DNA of 64,000 bases from Fistulifera solaris (GCA_030295235.1 AP026124.1:1674001-1738000); one strand, 5' to 3'; numbered from the stretch's first letter, positions 12,616 through 26,013 are shown. The notes: a model not told the origin generated them from the letters alone. Made by a program: numbers and translations.

Positions 12616-14368
12616 CTAACGGGACAGTGGGGAGAAGCGCCTTATTAAATCCACGACACGAAGAGGTACATCTGCATCCTCCGCTGGTTCTAGCGAACGG
12701 GCGCTTCCCCTGCTTCGCCTAGACTCGTTATCTGAGCTGTACGGGTCCACATCTACGTGAGCTGACGCTAAAGGGTCGTGATGATAGATTGAGTCCTCAT
12801 CGTGCACTGCTTCGCCAAGCCTGATCAAGTGCTCGTACGACGACAAGTCTCCTAACTGATGTTCTAATGTATCTTCCCCAAACTCCATACTTTGCCCGCC
12901 TTCAGACGCACAATCTTCCGTACCAGCTTTCGTCGATATACCCCACATGGACTGAGTGTCGTCGCACATGTGAGTCTGGTGAATTCTGTTTACGACTCCA
13001 GAAGATGAATACATAGTAGATCCCCCAATGTACGTCTCTCCAGCCACCGTAATGTGCTGTCCATCATAGGCCAATTTGTCCAGATCAACGTAAAAACTGC
13101 GCTTTCGGTAAAAAGCGACTCCAATCAGAAGTGCAATGAAAGCACCCGCACTTGCCGATGCTCCGATCGCCACGTTGGATTTCCTAGCAACAGCATCATC
13201 ATTTCTTGGAATTGAATCGTAAACATCCGAAGTCGTAGAAAAATGTTGTTTTCTGGTAACTGTCCCAGCAAATCTAGGTATGTCCTAAGATTCTCCCCGG
13301 AGAAGGCGAGCGTCGTGAGAAGATCCATTTCTCCTGCAGTTGGTAATGGATCTGTACCAGCGACGAAGAAGGCGGTAGATTTGAAGCCAATCTGATATGA
13401 AGAAGGCGGCTCTGACGGCTGAGAGGACGATTTCCTCGTATCTAGTTCCTTCAACTCGTCAAGACGTTGTTTACTAAAACCATTCAGATAAGTTCTTGTG
13501 ACAGTGACTGCTGCCTGCACATCTGAGTCCGATGGAACGTCATCGCCTTCAAACACGTAGGCTAAAACGAAGTCGGAAAGTTGCAGCGTCTCCCCAGCGG
13601 GTGTTGGGGCAACTGGGTAAAATGAGAAACGACAAAAAATAGTATTTGAGAAACAAGAATAGAGACTTACCTGATGGATTTGCAGTAGGACCTGATGCCG
13701 ACGGTGGCGTCGGCGTTACATCTGGTGGATTTAATGATGGACTTGACGGTGAAGGGAAATGCACGGGAGATTGACTAAGAGAGGAGTGAGGAGAAGAGGC
13801 AGGAGATAAAGTCTCGCTACCATTTCCTTTGCCGCTAACATAACTCTTAGAAGAGTGATTATGTGAAGCGGAAGGTGGGGATTTGTGCCCTTTTCCTTTT
13901 CCACTAACGTGATTCATATGACCTTTGCCGCGGTTTTTCTTTTTGAAAGAATGACTAGACTTCGATTTTTTCTTCGAAGCCAACTTGTCTTTCTTCGACG
14001 ATTTCAATGATTTGGAACTGCTACTTTTTCCTTTTCCCTTTCCTTTGCCGCTGCTCTTACTCGACTTGCCTTGCCTTTTTTCCTGAAGGTATTTCCGATT
14101 CCGCGACTTGTTCTGCATCATGAAAACTGCTGTTATACTCCGTCATTGTGCTGTGTTCTACCTCGTTATCATGGTCACTTTGATACGAGTCTCTACGAAA
14201 AAGATTAAGATCATGCAAAGGTTCACGAGCAGCGTCTTCTGAAGGTTGCAGCCGCCGTTCTCCGCGATTCGAAAAGGATAATGTCCGGGTGGCATCGTCG
14301 TATCCTCGGAGGCGCAGAGTCCCGTGCGCAAAGATCGTAATCCATAGCAGTATCCTCATGGTCGTCAT
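12616..14368 (-). CDS. Type I membrane protein with signal peptide, RxL sites, a K/S/G-rich (KSSK, GKGKG) region, a P/S/T linker, a luminal domain, a TM and a cytosolic tail
   Basis: MTTMRILLWITIFAHGTLRLRG...ERRLQ...KSSKSSGKGKGKGKSSSSKSLKSSKK; intron 13670-13613 (GTAAGT...CCAG); TM AIGASASAGAFIALLIGVAFY followed by RKR; indels at about 14125 and 13240. Confidence 0.7.
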
Positions 14369-14961
14369 CGAAAAATTTCTTTGCTCGCTTTCCACTTGAA
14401 ATTGCAAGCGCGCTACGGGAGTCTTGTTGTGATCATGATGTTACATTTTTGAATCATCATGGATTGCCAAAATGTGAGCTCAACGCTCGTCGCACGAAAG
14501 AGATCATCAGTACGGGAGGACGTTAAAATTCTGCCTCCCAGTACAAGATTCCACGTAGCGTCTACGACGAGGCAGAATTTTAACACCATTCCCTGTCGTA
14601 TCAACACACAAAATATTATTATACTCCGTACTCTGTAGTCTGTAGTGAAAATTTATAGTTTGAAAACATATCGATCCAATAAGGTTTTGAGTAAAGAAGA
14701 GCAACGGAGTACTCCGTAACAGGTATACTTGTAAACCTTACCTGGTTGCGCATGAATCATCTTCATCATGAGTCCTTAAAGTTTAGGCGGACTCCAATCA
14801 TTCGCAAACCTTTAGCAATATTTCGCTGGAAAGAAGATACGAGTCGACCATCTAGGGTGTAATTATAATCGTTGACATGAATTTTATTCTCTGCATCATA
14901 GCCATTTCGACACCTACCTTTCCGTCGCTTAAAATCGCAATGCTACACTTTGGAATCATGT

Positions 14962-15648
14962 TTAAGAACTGAAATTTATATCAGCATCCTCGAATTTGAA
15001 TATTCCGGCGTATTTGGACATGAAGTACGTCAGGAACTCGTTTATTGTACCGCGAATACGGGGATCAATCTCTCTCAGTCGGGGTGTTTCATCCTCCAAA
15101 GCAAGTCTCATATGATGCATCCATCGTTCTGCTCCTGATTTCGTCATGATTTCCTTTGCTCTTGTCATTTCATGGTGAACATTCATTCGCTGCTCGCCTC
15201 CACTGTACAATGGACCGCTTCCAAAGCAATCGAGGTACATCGTCGTTTGCATAAAAATGTGATACTTTTTGGACGCTAAGGCCGTGAAAATGTCTCGAAA
15301 CCACGGAGCTTCCGCGTCGTCAAAGACACGTTCGTAAAAGTTTGTAACGAAAGAGAATACTGGGTCTCGGCCCATCAAATCGTAGAGCTGCCAAAAATAC
15401 AGACGGTCTTCTCGGTTGCGAGATGCGTGCAAGGATAAGATAGAATCGTCCTCTTTGCAAGACGGCTCCATCATTCCCTTCTTGATCTGTATATCAAGGA
15501 AGTCATCTCGCGCGAGTTTGGTCATCATTCCAGTTTTGGGAGGTTTTGCTTTTGCGGCATGGTTGCCAGACATTGGACAAGAATGTGGCTTTGCCCCGGC
15601 GGTTGCCAATAATCTATCTTGATCTGTGCTCTCCGCTGCTACAACCAT
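14962..15648 (-). CDS. Truncated (2/2) hemoglobin-like globin
   Basis: LYDLMGRDPVFSFVTNFYERVFDD...FGSGPLYSGG...HH...AERWMHHMRLALED matches the truncated globin pattern. Confidence 0.8.
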   Translation of the reverse strand: MVVAAESTDQDRLLATAGAKPHSCPMSGNHAAKAKPPKTGMMTKLARDDFLDIQIKKGMMEPSCKEDDSILSLHASRNREDRLYFWQLYDLMGRDPVFSFVTNFYERVFDDAEAPWFRDIFTALASKKYHIFMQTTMYLDCFGSGPLYSGGEQRMNVHHEMTRAKEIMTKSGAERWMHHMRLALEDETPRLREIDPRIRGTINEFLTYFMSKYAGIFKFEDADINFSS

Positions 15649-16263
15649 TTCGTGTATCTTCTCTCAACGGTTGGTGCGTCTTTTTTGCTGTTGTTTGATC
15701 AAAGTGAGCAAATGAAAGGTTCGACAAGGTTCCACTTCATGTTCAAGGTTCGTGTTTGTGTTAAGTAGTTAGGATGTTTCCGTTTTCCAACTCCTTTGGT
15801 TTTCCGTAGAACTGATCGGGTTCTTTGGGTGTAGGTTACAGTACAAATGGTGCAACGTAGTTGATACAGGTTTGGGCCTTTTAGGGTACCGTACACCGTA
15901 CGGGTACGGATTACGGATCAAAGAATTGTACTGGTACATTGTAGGTGGTTCTTTCATTATTTTTTATCTCTTCCGGTTCTTGCGCAGTTTTCACGTTTGT
16001 CTTTGCGGTTTTGCCATAAAGAGCATAATTTCGGAAACGCACCTCATTTCTCATTGCACTGCGAACAACCGCCCAGCGATCCACACACCAGATACCAGGT
16101 AACAATCCATTGCGTCTTTGTCAACCTTTGTTTGATATAAAAGAAATATTTTGTCCCCATCGCACCAAAACATCTTCTCTATCCGCAATCGTACGAAATT
16201 GCAAAAGCTTTTGGTGCTTACTTTCTCGCAAGCCTTACAAAGAACAATAAAGAATTTCCCCAA

Positions 16264-17649
16264 ATGTCGACGCGCTTCTCCCTCCGCAATGACACGGGAC
16301 AGCCGTCTGGAAATACTGCAGCTATCAGTCTATGGCAGAAATTCAGCTTGCTGCAGCAATCTATCGAGAAATGTATCAAGGATCGTAAGGAGATCGATGC
16401 AAGAATCGACGCGAGTCAAATGCGACAAAGCGACTTACGTGAATTGCGACGTGAAAGCCTGCAAGGAACGTGCGAAGCGGAGCGCAAGCTAATTGAGATC
16501 GAAGAGAAATTAGCAGCTCTTCAGAATCATTACGACATCGAAATTCAGCCTGTGTATGCTTCTTCCCTTTGGGAGAAACGAAACTCGGAAATCCGAATGA
16601 AACAATGGAAGGAGTACAAGGCATTAGCCCTACAACTTTTCTTGGACCGATCCGCCAATTTTCGTTCAAAGTGCAAGCGTCTCCAAATGGGATGTGAATC
16701 CTTGGATCTCACACATGCAAAATGCCAGGCATGGATGTATGTTTTTAGCTATGATCGGGGCGATGACGCGGATGGTGTTACCTTCGATGACTTCACCGAA
16801 GAAAATGATCAATTTATTTGTCCTACTGACGACGACGAATCAAAAAGAGACAACCCTTTACTCTGGGAGATTCCGAAAAACGACTACGAACTTTTGGATT
16901 TAGCCGAAAAGTACAAGCAGGAATTGGATGTTTACGAGATCTTTTGCAAAGAGCTGGACACGTTGAAAGAAAGAAAATCTGAATATATTCAGCAAGAGCG
17001 CACTCTCACAGAGCGAGCCAGTTTGATGCAAAAACAGTTGGATCGTATCTTAAGTGACTGCAGCGGTTTGGAGTCCCAGATTGAGGACCAGCGCGCATCG
17101 CGGTCGCATCAAGGTAATTCCTTCGTGATGGACCAGCCGCAAATCATCTTGAACCGCCCTAACCTTGTATCAGAACAATCCATTGCCATCTCTGACCGTT
17201 CGATACAGCATCAACAACATCAAATAGAATCGTTGGATGAACCGCCGGTAAAGCGACCGCGAACAAATCCTTATTGTCAAAGCAAAACAAACAGATCAAA
17301 TCTCTCAGCTTTAAAACGTCGCAAAGCTCTTCGGTCAGTCGTGCTTGGGTCGACAGCTGTTGCTCCCGTTTCTTCACCTTTACGGTCCGAATTAACTACG
17401 AAAGAATACGATTTTTCACGTTTTCAGCATGGTCATGACGTAACGGCGGATATATGTGAGGTCCCATCTTTAGGGAGGAATGCGCATGATACTGAAGAAG
17501 CTCGAATTGAAGGGAAAGGCTCTGAACGTAGCAGCGCACATTATCGCGCTAGTGCGGCAATCGACGATGACGATGAAGACGATGATCTTTTTCTCTTTTG
17601 TAGGTCTACGCAAGTAGTGCTATCAGCCTTATCACTTCTTTCGAGCTAG
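16264..17649 (+). CDS. Hypothetical coiled-coil protein
   Basis: 461-aa ORF with two heptad-rich E/K/L/Q segments. The 3' end may be affected by an indel. Confidence 0.7.
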   Translation: MSTRFSLRNDTGQPSGNTAAISLWQKFSLLQQSIEKCIKDRKEIDARIDASQMRQSDLRELRRESLQGTCEAERKLIEIEEKLAALQNHYDIEIQPVYASSLWEKRNSEIRMKQWKEYKALALQLFLDRSANFRSKCKRLQMGCESLDLTHAKCQAWMYVFSYDRGDDADGVTFDDFTEENDQFICPTDDDESKRDNPLLWEIPKNDYELLDLAEKYKQELDVYEIFCKELDTLKERKSEYIQQERTLTERASLMQKQLDRILSDCSGLESQIEDQRASRSHQGNSFVMDQPQIILNRPNLVSEQSIAISDRSIQHQQHQIESLDEPPVKRPRTNPYCQSKTNRSNLSALKRRKALRSVVLGSTAVAPVSSPLRSELTTKEYDFSRFQHGHDVTADICEVPSLGRNAHDTEEARIEGKGSERSSAHYRASAAIDDDDEDDDLFLFCRSTQVVLSALSLLSS

Positions 17650-18940
17650 CTCATAAGATACGAAGCCCTCGCTTCACACGATTGTCGAGCAAAATTTGCG
17701 GATTGGAAATGACTCTAGAGCCTAAGAATTTGGAAACTTCCTGGACGACTACCAGGTACTTGTACCATGTCGTATTGTTTTCGAGACAAAAACTGTTTGA
17801 TTCTTGACTCCGTATCGTATTGACCACCCATATGACACATAATGACCACTGGGCCACTTCTAGGTTCTAGTTCTAGTTTCTTGGTAAAGTACACCAATAG
17901 AGCGAGTACACATTCGCGAGCGAACAGCGATGGCTCAAAGCATTTTTTCCTTTTCAAGTCGTACACTAGGTCTCTAGGTCGTAGTTCGAAAACCCTGCTT
18001 ACTCGTAGAAACCAGAAGCTAGCAAGCTAGAGAAGAGAAAAGCTGGAAGACAAGTAAGCGATCACTAGTCTAACCACTAAGGCATAGAAAATCATAGATA
18101 ACCTCCCTGGCGTCTGTCGTCTCTAAAAAAGACTCTTGAGTCCTTTCCAATCCTTTTTAACGTCGTCTCTCGTTATAGCTATAGGCTATAGGCGTTACGT
18201 TTTACATGGCTCGGGGCTCGTGGGGAACTCCTTTCTAGATTTTGACTCTCTTTTCGGGCTTGTCATTTTAGATTCAAGCTTTACCCTGGAACGGTACCAG
18301 GTGTACCTCTCTACGTTCTCTATTCTCTATTGTCTCTCACTCTTCTCACCCTAGCCCGGGACTCCAACACTCAAAAAGGCCCAAATAATCGAGAGAATTC
18401 TTCGTTTTAAGTCATAAGAACAAAGGAAATTCTTTTCCGTTTCCAGTCCCATAGTCAATGACAAAACACACAATGAGCAATGACCCTTTCCATGACCCAT
18501 GACAACAGTGCTCACTGCTCATTTCTCTGCCAACGGCCAACAGCCGGTCTTCTTTTAGCTTCAAACTAGCTTCCCCAGCGAAATTTCTTAGGAAATACAT
18601 AGGTAAAAGGAGCGTGATCATAATACAGGAACTGCAACAATGATGATTATGAGACGCTTGCTCCTTGCTCCTCTGGAATTCTAGTCGTGCATTGTGCTAA
18701 ATGGGCTATGGGCTGTGGTGGCTGTGGCAGGCTGTGACTACCTGGTACCTGGTATGCCTGTGCCCTGTGCAGGATACCGCCACATCTTCTTCAGTATTTC
18801 TTACGGAGTAGGCTCTAGTTGGCGCTTAACCGACTGCCCACAAAATTAACTTGAACAAAAAGACTCACAAGAAATTTCATTCGACTGAGAAAGCCGGGCA
18901 AAAGCTGTGAGAAATAGCATGCGTTCAATAGCCTATCAAG

Positions 18941-19538
18941 ATGAGCGATCTGTTGGTTCGTCCTTCACTGTTGACAAAGTCGTGAAGGAAAGGTTTTGTC
19001 AATCAAATGTGATCTTTCGCAGCCACATCGTGTGAGATTCGTCGATACAGTGGCGGTGGCTGAATTTAAAAAGTATCCTTTTTCAATGCATGAGCTTATA
19101 TGGTACACACAGGATGATTACGATATGATAAAAGCTCGCAATTCGTTTATTTTGTCCATGGTGAAACAAGGTTCTTTCAAAGAAAGTGAAAAACATTCAT
19201 TCCGAGGCCTCGAATACAAGCTACGCGAAGGATACAAGCAACGGAAATGGAACAAGATTACATCGATCCTAGCCGTTCTTGATGAACAAGAACAGCAGCT
19301 AAGCCAGAACACTCGCAACCCTGAAGCCATCGCCGACGTTTACAGGGATGCGGCTGAAAGTGCCAAAGAGTCTGCCCGGATCAATGGAGAAAGAGATTCA
19401 CTCATCGATCATTCGCCAATCGACATAGCCACTGAATTTCCAAGGCTTAAATCGACACCAGAAGATACTTCCTTCTCAATAAGAACCGCCCAGAACGTTT
19501 CCACATTCGATCGTATCCGTAACCAAAACGTTGCTTGA
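18941..19538 (+). CDS. Diatom-type hypothetical protein (VRF...WY...RGLE...AVLDEQ pattern); start uncertain
   Basis: RVRFVD...IWYTQDDY...SFRGLE...ILAVLDEQ...IADVY, a motif order typical of an expanded diatom family. Confidence 0.65.
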
Positions 19539-19841
19539 AATGTTTGTGAGTCGATCCATTGAACATGAATGGAGCGCTAGACTCGTATCAAATAAAATTT
19601 TTCTTTCGATTTTCAATGTTTACTTCATCTCTCATTGTATGCACTGCAAAAACCAAGCCTGTTGCAAATACTTTCCAGTTGATCGAATTCAAGGTAACTG
19701 AAACTCGCTTTTCGTCAAATCGGAAGATAAATGGCATCATTTGAGAACAAAGTGTGTTCATCTAAAGACGATCTGTATCAATTCTATTTTCATGAAACGA
19801 GTAACACATTGACTCAAACGAAGGTTGCTTCTATACGAGCA

Positions 19842-20805
19842 CTATCGAACAACACTTTCCTTGATTGCCAGCTTTTCCAAGTTTACATCCCATAGTATTC
19901 GACGTTCTCCTTCCAAGTCATGAAGAACGACATATCTCGCGACACACTGATTGCCATGTTGTACCACCCAATGACTTGCTACCACTTCGTCAGAATTGCG
20001 AATGAAAGGACTAGTTGTCTGACCAGCGTCTAATGTAAGCTCTGCCCAGAGAGATTTTGCCGATGAAGTGATGCAGAAGGAGAGCGGACAAATGGGTATA
20101 GAGGAAGTTACGGCAGTCATTACAGCAGGTTGAGTTGCTACTTGGTTTCGTTTTTGTTTCGTCAGGCAGTTTGCCGTGTCAATGAGAGTGGCCACTGCGA
20201 CGAAAGATGAGTGAAACAATTGAAAGATCGGAAGACTTTCCTTTGAAAAACGAAAACTTACTCAATAGCGATTGTCGCGCTCGTCTTTGTATAGGTGTTG
20301 GAGATTGAGGCTCTTCTTGCGCACATGAAGTGATACAATCTAAGCCATCGAGAAGCAATGCGTAGGGCTGCTCGTGCCATCCTGCACCTTGTATCTTCCA
20401 GAGCTGCTGCTGTATATCACGAGGGTTCGCAATACGTCGTATCTGTATCCGTTTGAGTGTTTGCTTGTCAAATGACCGCAATTTTTCTCCTGGTTGCTGT
20501 TGACAATGTAACGGGAATTCTTCTTGCGCCAATGGAAGAAAGAGTACAACGGCCAGACAACAACAAGGACGATCACCAACACACCAACAAGGAGCTCTCG
20601 CCGCAAGATCACAAGCTAGATCCATGAGAAGACTTGACCTCCCTGACTTGCTCGGTCCTTGAATGACCAATTGACGGCAAGACAAATGATCTATTAGCGT
20701 TGACAGCAACGAACCGGGTGGATTAAAGGTTCGTTCAAGGTGCTGGGTCTCCGCGTTTGGTTGCAACAGACTGTGTCCGAGGAGAGACCTCTCGGAATCG
20801 TCCAT
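19842..20805 (-). CDS. SWSAP1-like RecA/RAD51-fold ATPase, 2 exons
   Basis: Walker A-like LVIQGPSKSGRSSLLMDLA, TLKRIQIRRI and Walker B LLLDGLD. Intron 20261-20195 (GTAAGT...GCAG) joins LL|MATLIDTA in frame. Confidence 0.6.
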
Positions 20806-21408
20806 TTTATTTCTCTAATCACTCTGTAAATGGCGAAATTCAGCGCCTACAAGATGTTTGAGCGAGTTTTACTCAGCGAAGACAAGCAATTGAAGTTCGA
20901 CGCACACGGGAAACAAAGCATCGAGAAGTGAAACCACAGCACAGTAAGGTTGGGGACCTCACCACAAGAGCTACTACACGTTACACGTGATAATCATCCG
21001 GGTACCCCTTTGTCGATAAATTTCCGTACGAGAGCAACGTCAACGCTACGTAGACATTCGAAGCGTTGCATCTTTCATGCCTTTTACGTATTGGAAACCA
21101 GTTTGATGTCGATTAATCATTTACTGGAACGAAGCATCAAGGTTGGGAATGCGATGAGGGCCACAGAGAGACGGACTATCGCAACAAATTACACCGGGAA
21201 AACTTTGCCGCCGTACACAGCGTACTAGAAACGTTAAACCAAGATGAAGTTGTGGACTGGTATCTGGTACTTGATTCAAGCTATCCTCTGAGCTCCGAGA
21301 GGCTGTCTTGGGTAAGGTTTTTGGTGAACATACACTTTTGTGAAAAGAGCGACAGAAACAGATCCTACAAGCTAGAAACAAGAGAAAGCCCCTTCCAGTT
21401 CGATTCGC

Positions 21409-22545
21409 TTATACCAGATACTGATCGACATCAATGCATCGCAAAATTATATCAGCTCCATGTTCGAAGACCGTAAAGGCAAGGGCTGATGGAAGGAAAC
21501 CTCTGGCAATCATTCGCAGCGATGGGCGTTTCGGCATTCGTCCAAGTGTAGAGTTGCTGCTTCGTGAATGGTTTCGCATTTTCCAATGTGACGCGTAATG
21601 GATAAAAACTGCATGCGCTTGGCCAGCAAAACCTCCTGCAAGAAAAGTTGCCGACAATGAAACTACGAACATATCGTAAACACCATTTGACTGCTTAGTA
21701 ACAAGGCCGTACTCGGTAAGTACATATATCCATGGTGCTGTTGGGTGAGAAGACAAAAAGCCAACTGCACCTTCCAAGAACGTTCGTCGGAATACTTCGT
21801 AGGATCCAAACAAAGTTGAGTGGCTGGCTGCACTATGGAAGAAACGTCGGTAGAGAAGATGAAAATTCACACCTTTCCGTAACGTGTCAGGAAAACTTTG
21901 ACTTCTCATGTGATTCCACCAGTAGGCGTTAATTTCCCATACGTCCATGACAAGGGATTGTGCCACACCCGCCAAAGCTCCGGCAATGAAATGGGCTACA
22001 ATGGGAGAAGAGTTGATTGTTTGACGAATCCCTTCGATGCCTTCAAAGTCCCGAAAAGAATTTCGCCGTTGAAGTGGCACATCGCTTTTGCATTGTTCGG
22101 GTGTTTGTTGGCGAGGAAAAAACCAGTCCTGAAGTATTAAAAGATCGTAAATGCCAAAGGAGGCAAAGCCCTCCAAAGTAAGCTTAATGTTCGCTAGAGC
22201 GGGAAGGCAATACATTGAGAACCGATAGTAGAATGCGACTTCTACCCCTTAGCCACTCGTACCTGAGATTCGAGACGACATTTTGACCTTTTTGTCCGTA
22301 CTTGTAGAGGTCCTCTCAACAGAAACAACACTTTCCTCGGGACCGTGCTTAGCAGCGAGTGACCCCAAGCTTAGAAAAGCGCGTTTGCGAATATATCCTC
22401 CAAGTGCTGCTGAAGATACACCAAGCTGTCGCAGCGTAGAAGCTGCAGATCGCGTAACACCTGCGAGAAGAGAATCATTATTTCGAGGCGTCTCGCTCTC
22501 GCCGGAAGGTGTTGCGGGAAGTTTGTTAGTCTCCGCATCCTGCAT
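21409..22545 (-). CDS. Divergent mitochondrial carrier-like membrane protein, 2 exons
   Basis: HFIAGALAGVAQSLV, TLFGSYE, FLAGGFAG and PSALAFTVFE carrier-like helices. Intron 22262-22194 (GTACGA...CTAG) restores the frame. Confidence 0.6.
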
Positions 22546-22764
22546 TGCTTTTGGATGGAAGTAAGCTACTACGCCACTAGACCTACACCCTCAAAGACGC
22601 AAGTTAATTTTTTGTCGGTGTTCATTTTCAATGAAATGCTTTGCTTCAAATTTACTATCCTTAAAAGTGTTGCTTTTTCGACAAATCCGACTCAAGTAAT
22701 TTTCAGTCCCGGAGATGAAAGGCACCGTATATGCGTTGTTGCTAAAAGCCAGGACTTTTTAGCT

Positions 22765-23486
22765 CTATTCAATGAAAGTATCATTACTCCTTATTGCGTA
22801 CTGGTCAGTGACAGGAACCTTGAATCTGGTTATAAGAAGTTTTATTTCAGCGCAAAGTGCATAATTTAGATGTTTGTGCGTCGTGACGAGCAGTGCCATG
22901 GAGATGACTGACTCTATGTCAGAGTTGCACTGCATATTTGAAGATTGGTGTGGCGTTCTAGGGTTGTCGGCATGATGCAATTATACTTTGCTGGCTTACG
23001 TGTAAGCCCTTTCGGTCGATTTGGCACACTTGTGCATTCCTGGCTGGTGCGGAAGTCTATGACTCTGACTTTCTCTTCTTTACTTCTTTTTTCTCCTTTT
23101 TCAACGATTTTTCTTTTCTTTTTTTCCTCTTTCTTTACCTTTTTGGTATTTGACTTCTTTTCATTCGATTCATGGCTTTCCGAAGCATATTCGGCGTCTT
23201 GCTTGATGCAAGTTTCCGATCCTGGAATGATCTCCAGTGCATCGAGATCCAGCGGTTTCTCACTCAATTTCGATAATCGAGTTCTTTGTTTGTCTGTTTC
23301 AGCCAAACTTTGAGCAAGACCCAAAAGATCTTCCCAGTACGATACTCGACAGTGTAAGTCTACTTTCGTTCGCTCCTTTTCTAGAAAAACTGTGACGAGG
23401 TCACAAACGGCGGAGGCAGAACGAATCGCCCGCGATGATCTTGTTGCCAAGACTTTCGGAAAGTCTTGATCATTGTAACTCGGCAT
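22765..23486 (-). CDS. Hypothetical protein with a Lys/Glu-rich (NLS-like) segment; C-terminus uncertain
   Basis: 190-aa ORF from an ATG at 23486 plus an overlapping downstream ORF suggesting an indel. Confidence 0.45.
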
Positions 23487-24112
23487 ATTAACTGCTACTT
23501 TTATTCAGTTCGTCGGAAGTTGGGGATGGTAGTGGCGAAAGAACGAAAGAAATGGCGATGTACGTAGTGTTTACAATCAATAGCCATCATTCTCGTGAAA
23601 ATGGTCGATGATGATTGGTTGTCGCTTCTCGTCCGTCCATTATTATTATTTTTTGACGCTCACTTTCAGTCATGAGATCTGTCAGTCCTGTTACAGTGCG
23701 CCCCAATGTTTGAGAGGATGGCCGGCTTGGCTCTCACGTTCAACAAGTACTTGGAAAGAGTTGACGGCGGCAGTCGTCCCGCTGCTTTCCCTTTAAATAA
23801 AATTTCGTCATACTGTCCCGCCTCAAGTTACTATAGTTGATTTAGTATTTCAGTTTCAAATTTACTCAGTAGGAAATTCTACGCAACGGCAATAAGGGCG
23901 CGCAGAAATTGCGCCGGACTCGATGATGGTCTCGTCCGACCCGCTTTCCCTCGTCGTTTTTTCTCACAGTGTGAAAAGCTATCGCGGCATGGCGCCTGGT
24001 GGATTTCAATGAATAGTTAGACTCTTCGTATCATTCGGTAACTTCACTTGTCCTTCATCAAGTTCACTTGGAACTTAAAGACGCAAGATAGCCTCTTTTA
24101 GCGAATTAAGAA

Positions 24113-26013
24113 ATGTCGGCAGCTGTCTCGAAAACACCGGAACCCGCTCGTCGCAACGACAACTGCGAAAATGACGGACCTCGGTCGTCGGAACGAGTCA
24201 AGGATTTATTCTCTCCTAGATCGGCTGCGGCACTAGCTTTGTCAAGCTTCTCCAAACAAGAGCCTGACCTTGTTGCAAGCCAAACTCAAGCGCCGCCGTC
24301 GTCCGGTCCTCCGTTTGCCCAAGCAATGCCGCACAACATATCAAGGGAAGCAGCCCAAGCGGCAATGCCCCAAGCATCAACTGACCATGCGGACGTTTTC
24401 TATGAACGAAATTACGATTCGATGCCTTCCATGATTCCTCCGAGTGTTTTGAGAAGACCAGGAATACATCCGTCGCCTCCCAATGGAGTTCGATTTCACT
24501 ATCCTCCGCATCATCATTTTCCCCCAAATGCTCCTCTTCGTTTACACCCCATGTCTATTCCTAATTCCATGCCCTTGCGTGCGTGGACTCCCCAACATCG
24601 TCCCATGCCTCAGCAAGCTTCTTCGGGCCCCCATCAGGAAGGGGCTCCTTCGTTTCGGCAACCAATGCTGCATCCGCATCTGCCGCCCTATGGTGGCCGA
24701 TGGGAGAGTCATGTAAGTTTACAACTTTGATATTGATCTTCTATATTGTCGCTCTTCAAGCATTCTGATTCTTTCTTGTGGATTTTTTCAGCCCCCGGTA
24801 GCAAGCAGCTATCAATCTCAGACCCAAGTCATGGAAAGTAAGGCGCGTCAGGCCAGTGAAGTACAAAGCCTCGTCACCCCTACACCCAAAAAAGCCCGCA
24901 CCGCTGATAGCAATTACAACCGAAAAAAGAAATCCTTGGGTCTTCTGGCGGAGACCTTTCTCTCCCGGTTCCAAAACGCTCCGCAAGGAACGGAAGTCTT
25001 CATCGACAAGCTGGCTAGCGAGCTGCAGGTGGAACGCCGTCGTATCTATGATGTCGTTAACATCCTAGAGAGTCTCCGGATTGTTATCAAGAAGGGAAAG
25101 AACGCGTATCAATGGATGGGAACCGATCATCTCCCTTTCATGTTTGCCATTCTACAACACGATGCCATCTATGACCACGCGGAGGATGCCTACGAATTTG
25201 GCGTCATTAGTACGAAACCATCCGATGAGGAAATTCATGCCGCCAAGGCCAATCATGATAACAAAGAAAGCAAATCGCTTTCAAGACTGAGCCAGTTGTT
25301 CCTTCGTTGTTATCTTGTTGGACACTTGACGCTCAGTTTGCCTCAAGCATCCGACAAAATTCACGGTGAAGAGACTTCCGTGAATGACCTGGCGGCACTC
25401 GGATCCAAAAAATCGTGGAGAGGTGCCCACCGATCCCAAGCTCTTCCAGCAGGCGGCAATGCGCGGCCTCAAGACGAAGATTCGCCGTTTGTATGACATT
25501 GCGAACGTTTTCATTTCCATGGGGCTCTTGTCGAAAGTGGATGAAAGGTCGGTGCCGTTGGACTCCAGACGCCCTCGATTCAGTTGGGCGTATCATTTTA
25601 GTGCCAAGGAAATCGCCGCTGTCTACGAACAGATGCCAGAGAGCATGAAGAGAGACCGTGATCCGTTCCACAGCAGCTCGCTTCCCTTGATTCTTCTCCA
25701 GGCTCAAGAGAACACGACTAACATGGAGTCCGTTCAGGTTAAGATCGAACCAAACCTTCCGGATCAACTGCAAACGGCTTCTCTCTCTCAGCTCTCGAAC
25801 TCCTCCGACGACACAACGTGCCCATTGAGCGCCGAAGGAGATATCTTCAGCAAGGAAATCAAGCATGACCCTGAGTTGTTTTCGAACATCAACGTGACGG
25901 GTGGTGCCGTTGATTTGAGTAGTACCAAGCGTGCGGCACCAACCGGGGGCGACGATGGCAACCTATTGCGCCTTCGCTTCGGCTCTATTCCTGGTAAGCC
26001 CGTCGAAATTTGA
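24113..26013 (+). CDS. DEL: Atypical E2F (DEL/E2F7-8-like) transcription factor with two E2F/DP DNA-binding domains
   Basis: YNRKKKSLGLL...VERRRIYDVVNILESL...YQWMG, and a second domain KSLSRLSQLFL...KTKIRRLYDIANVFISMGLL. Intron about 24713-24790; an extra A in a homopolymer at about 25410. Confidence 0.9.
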
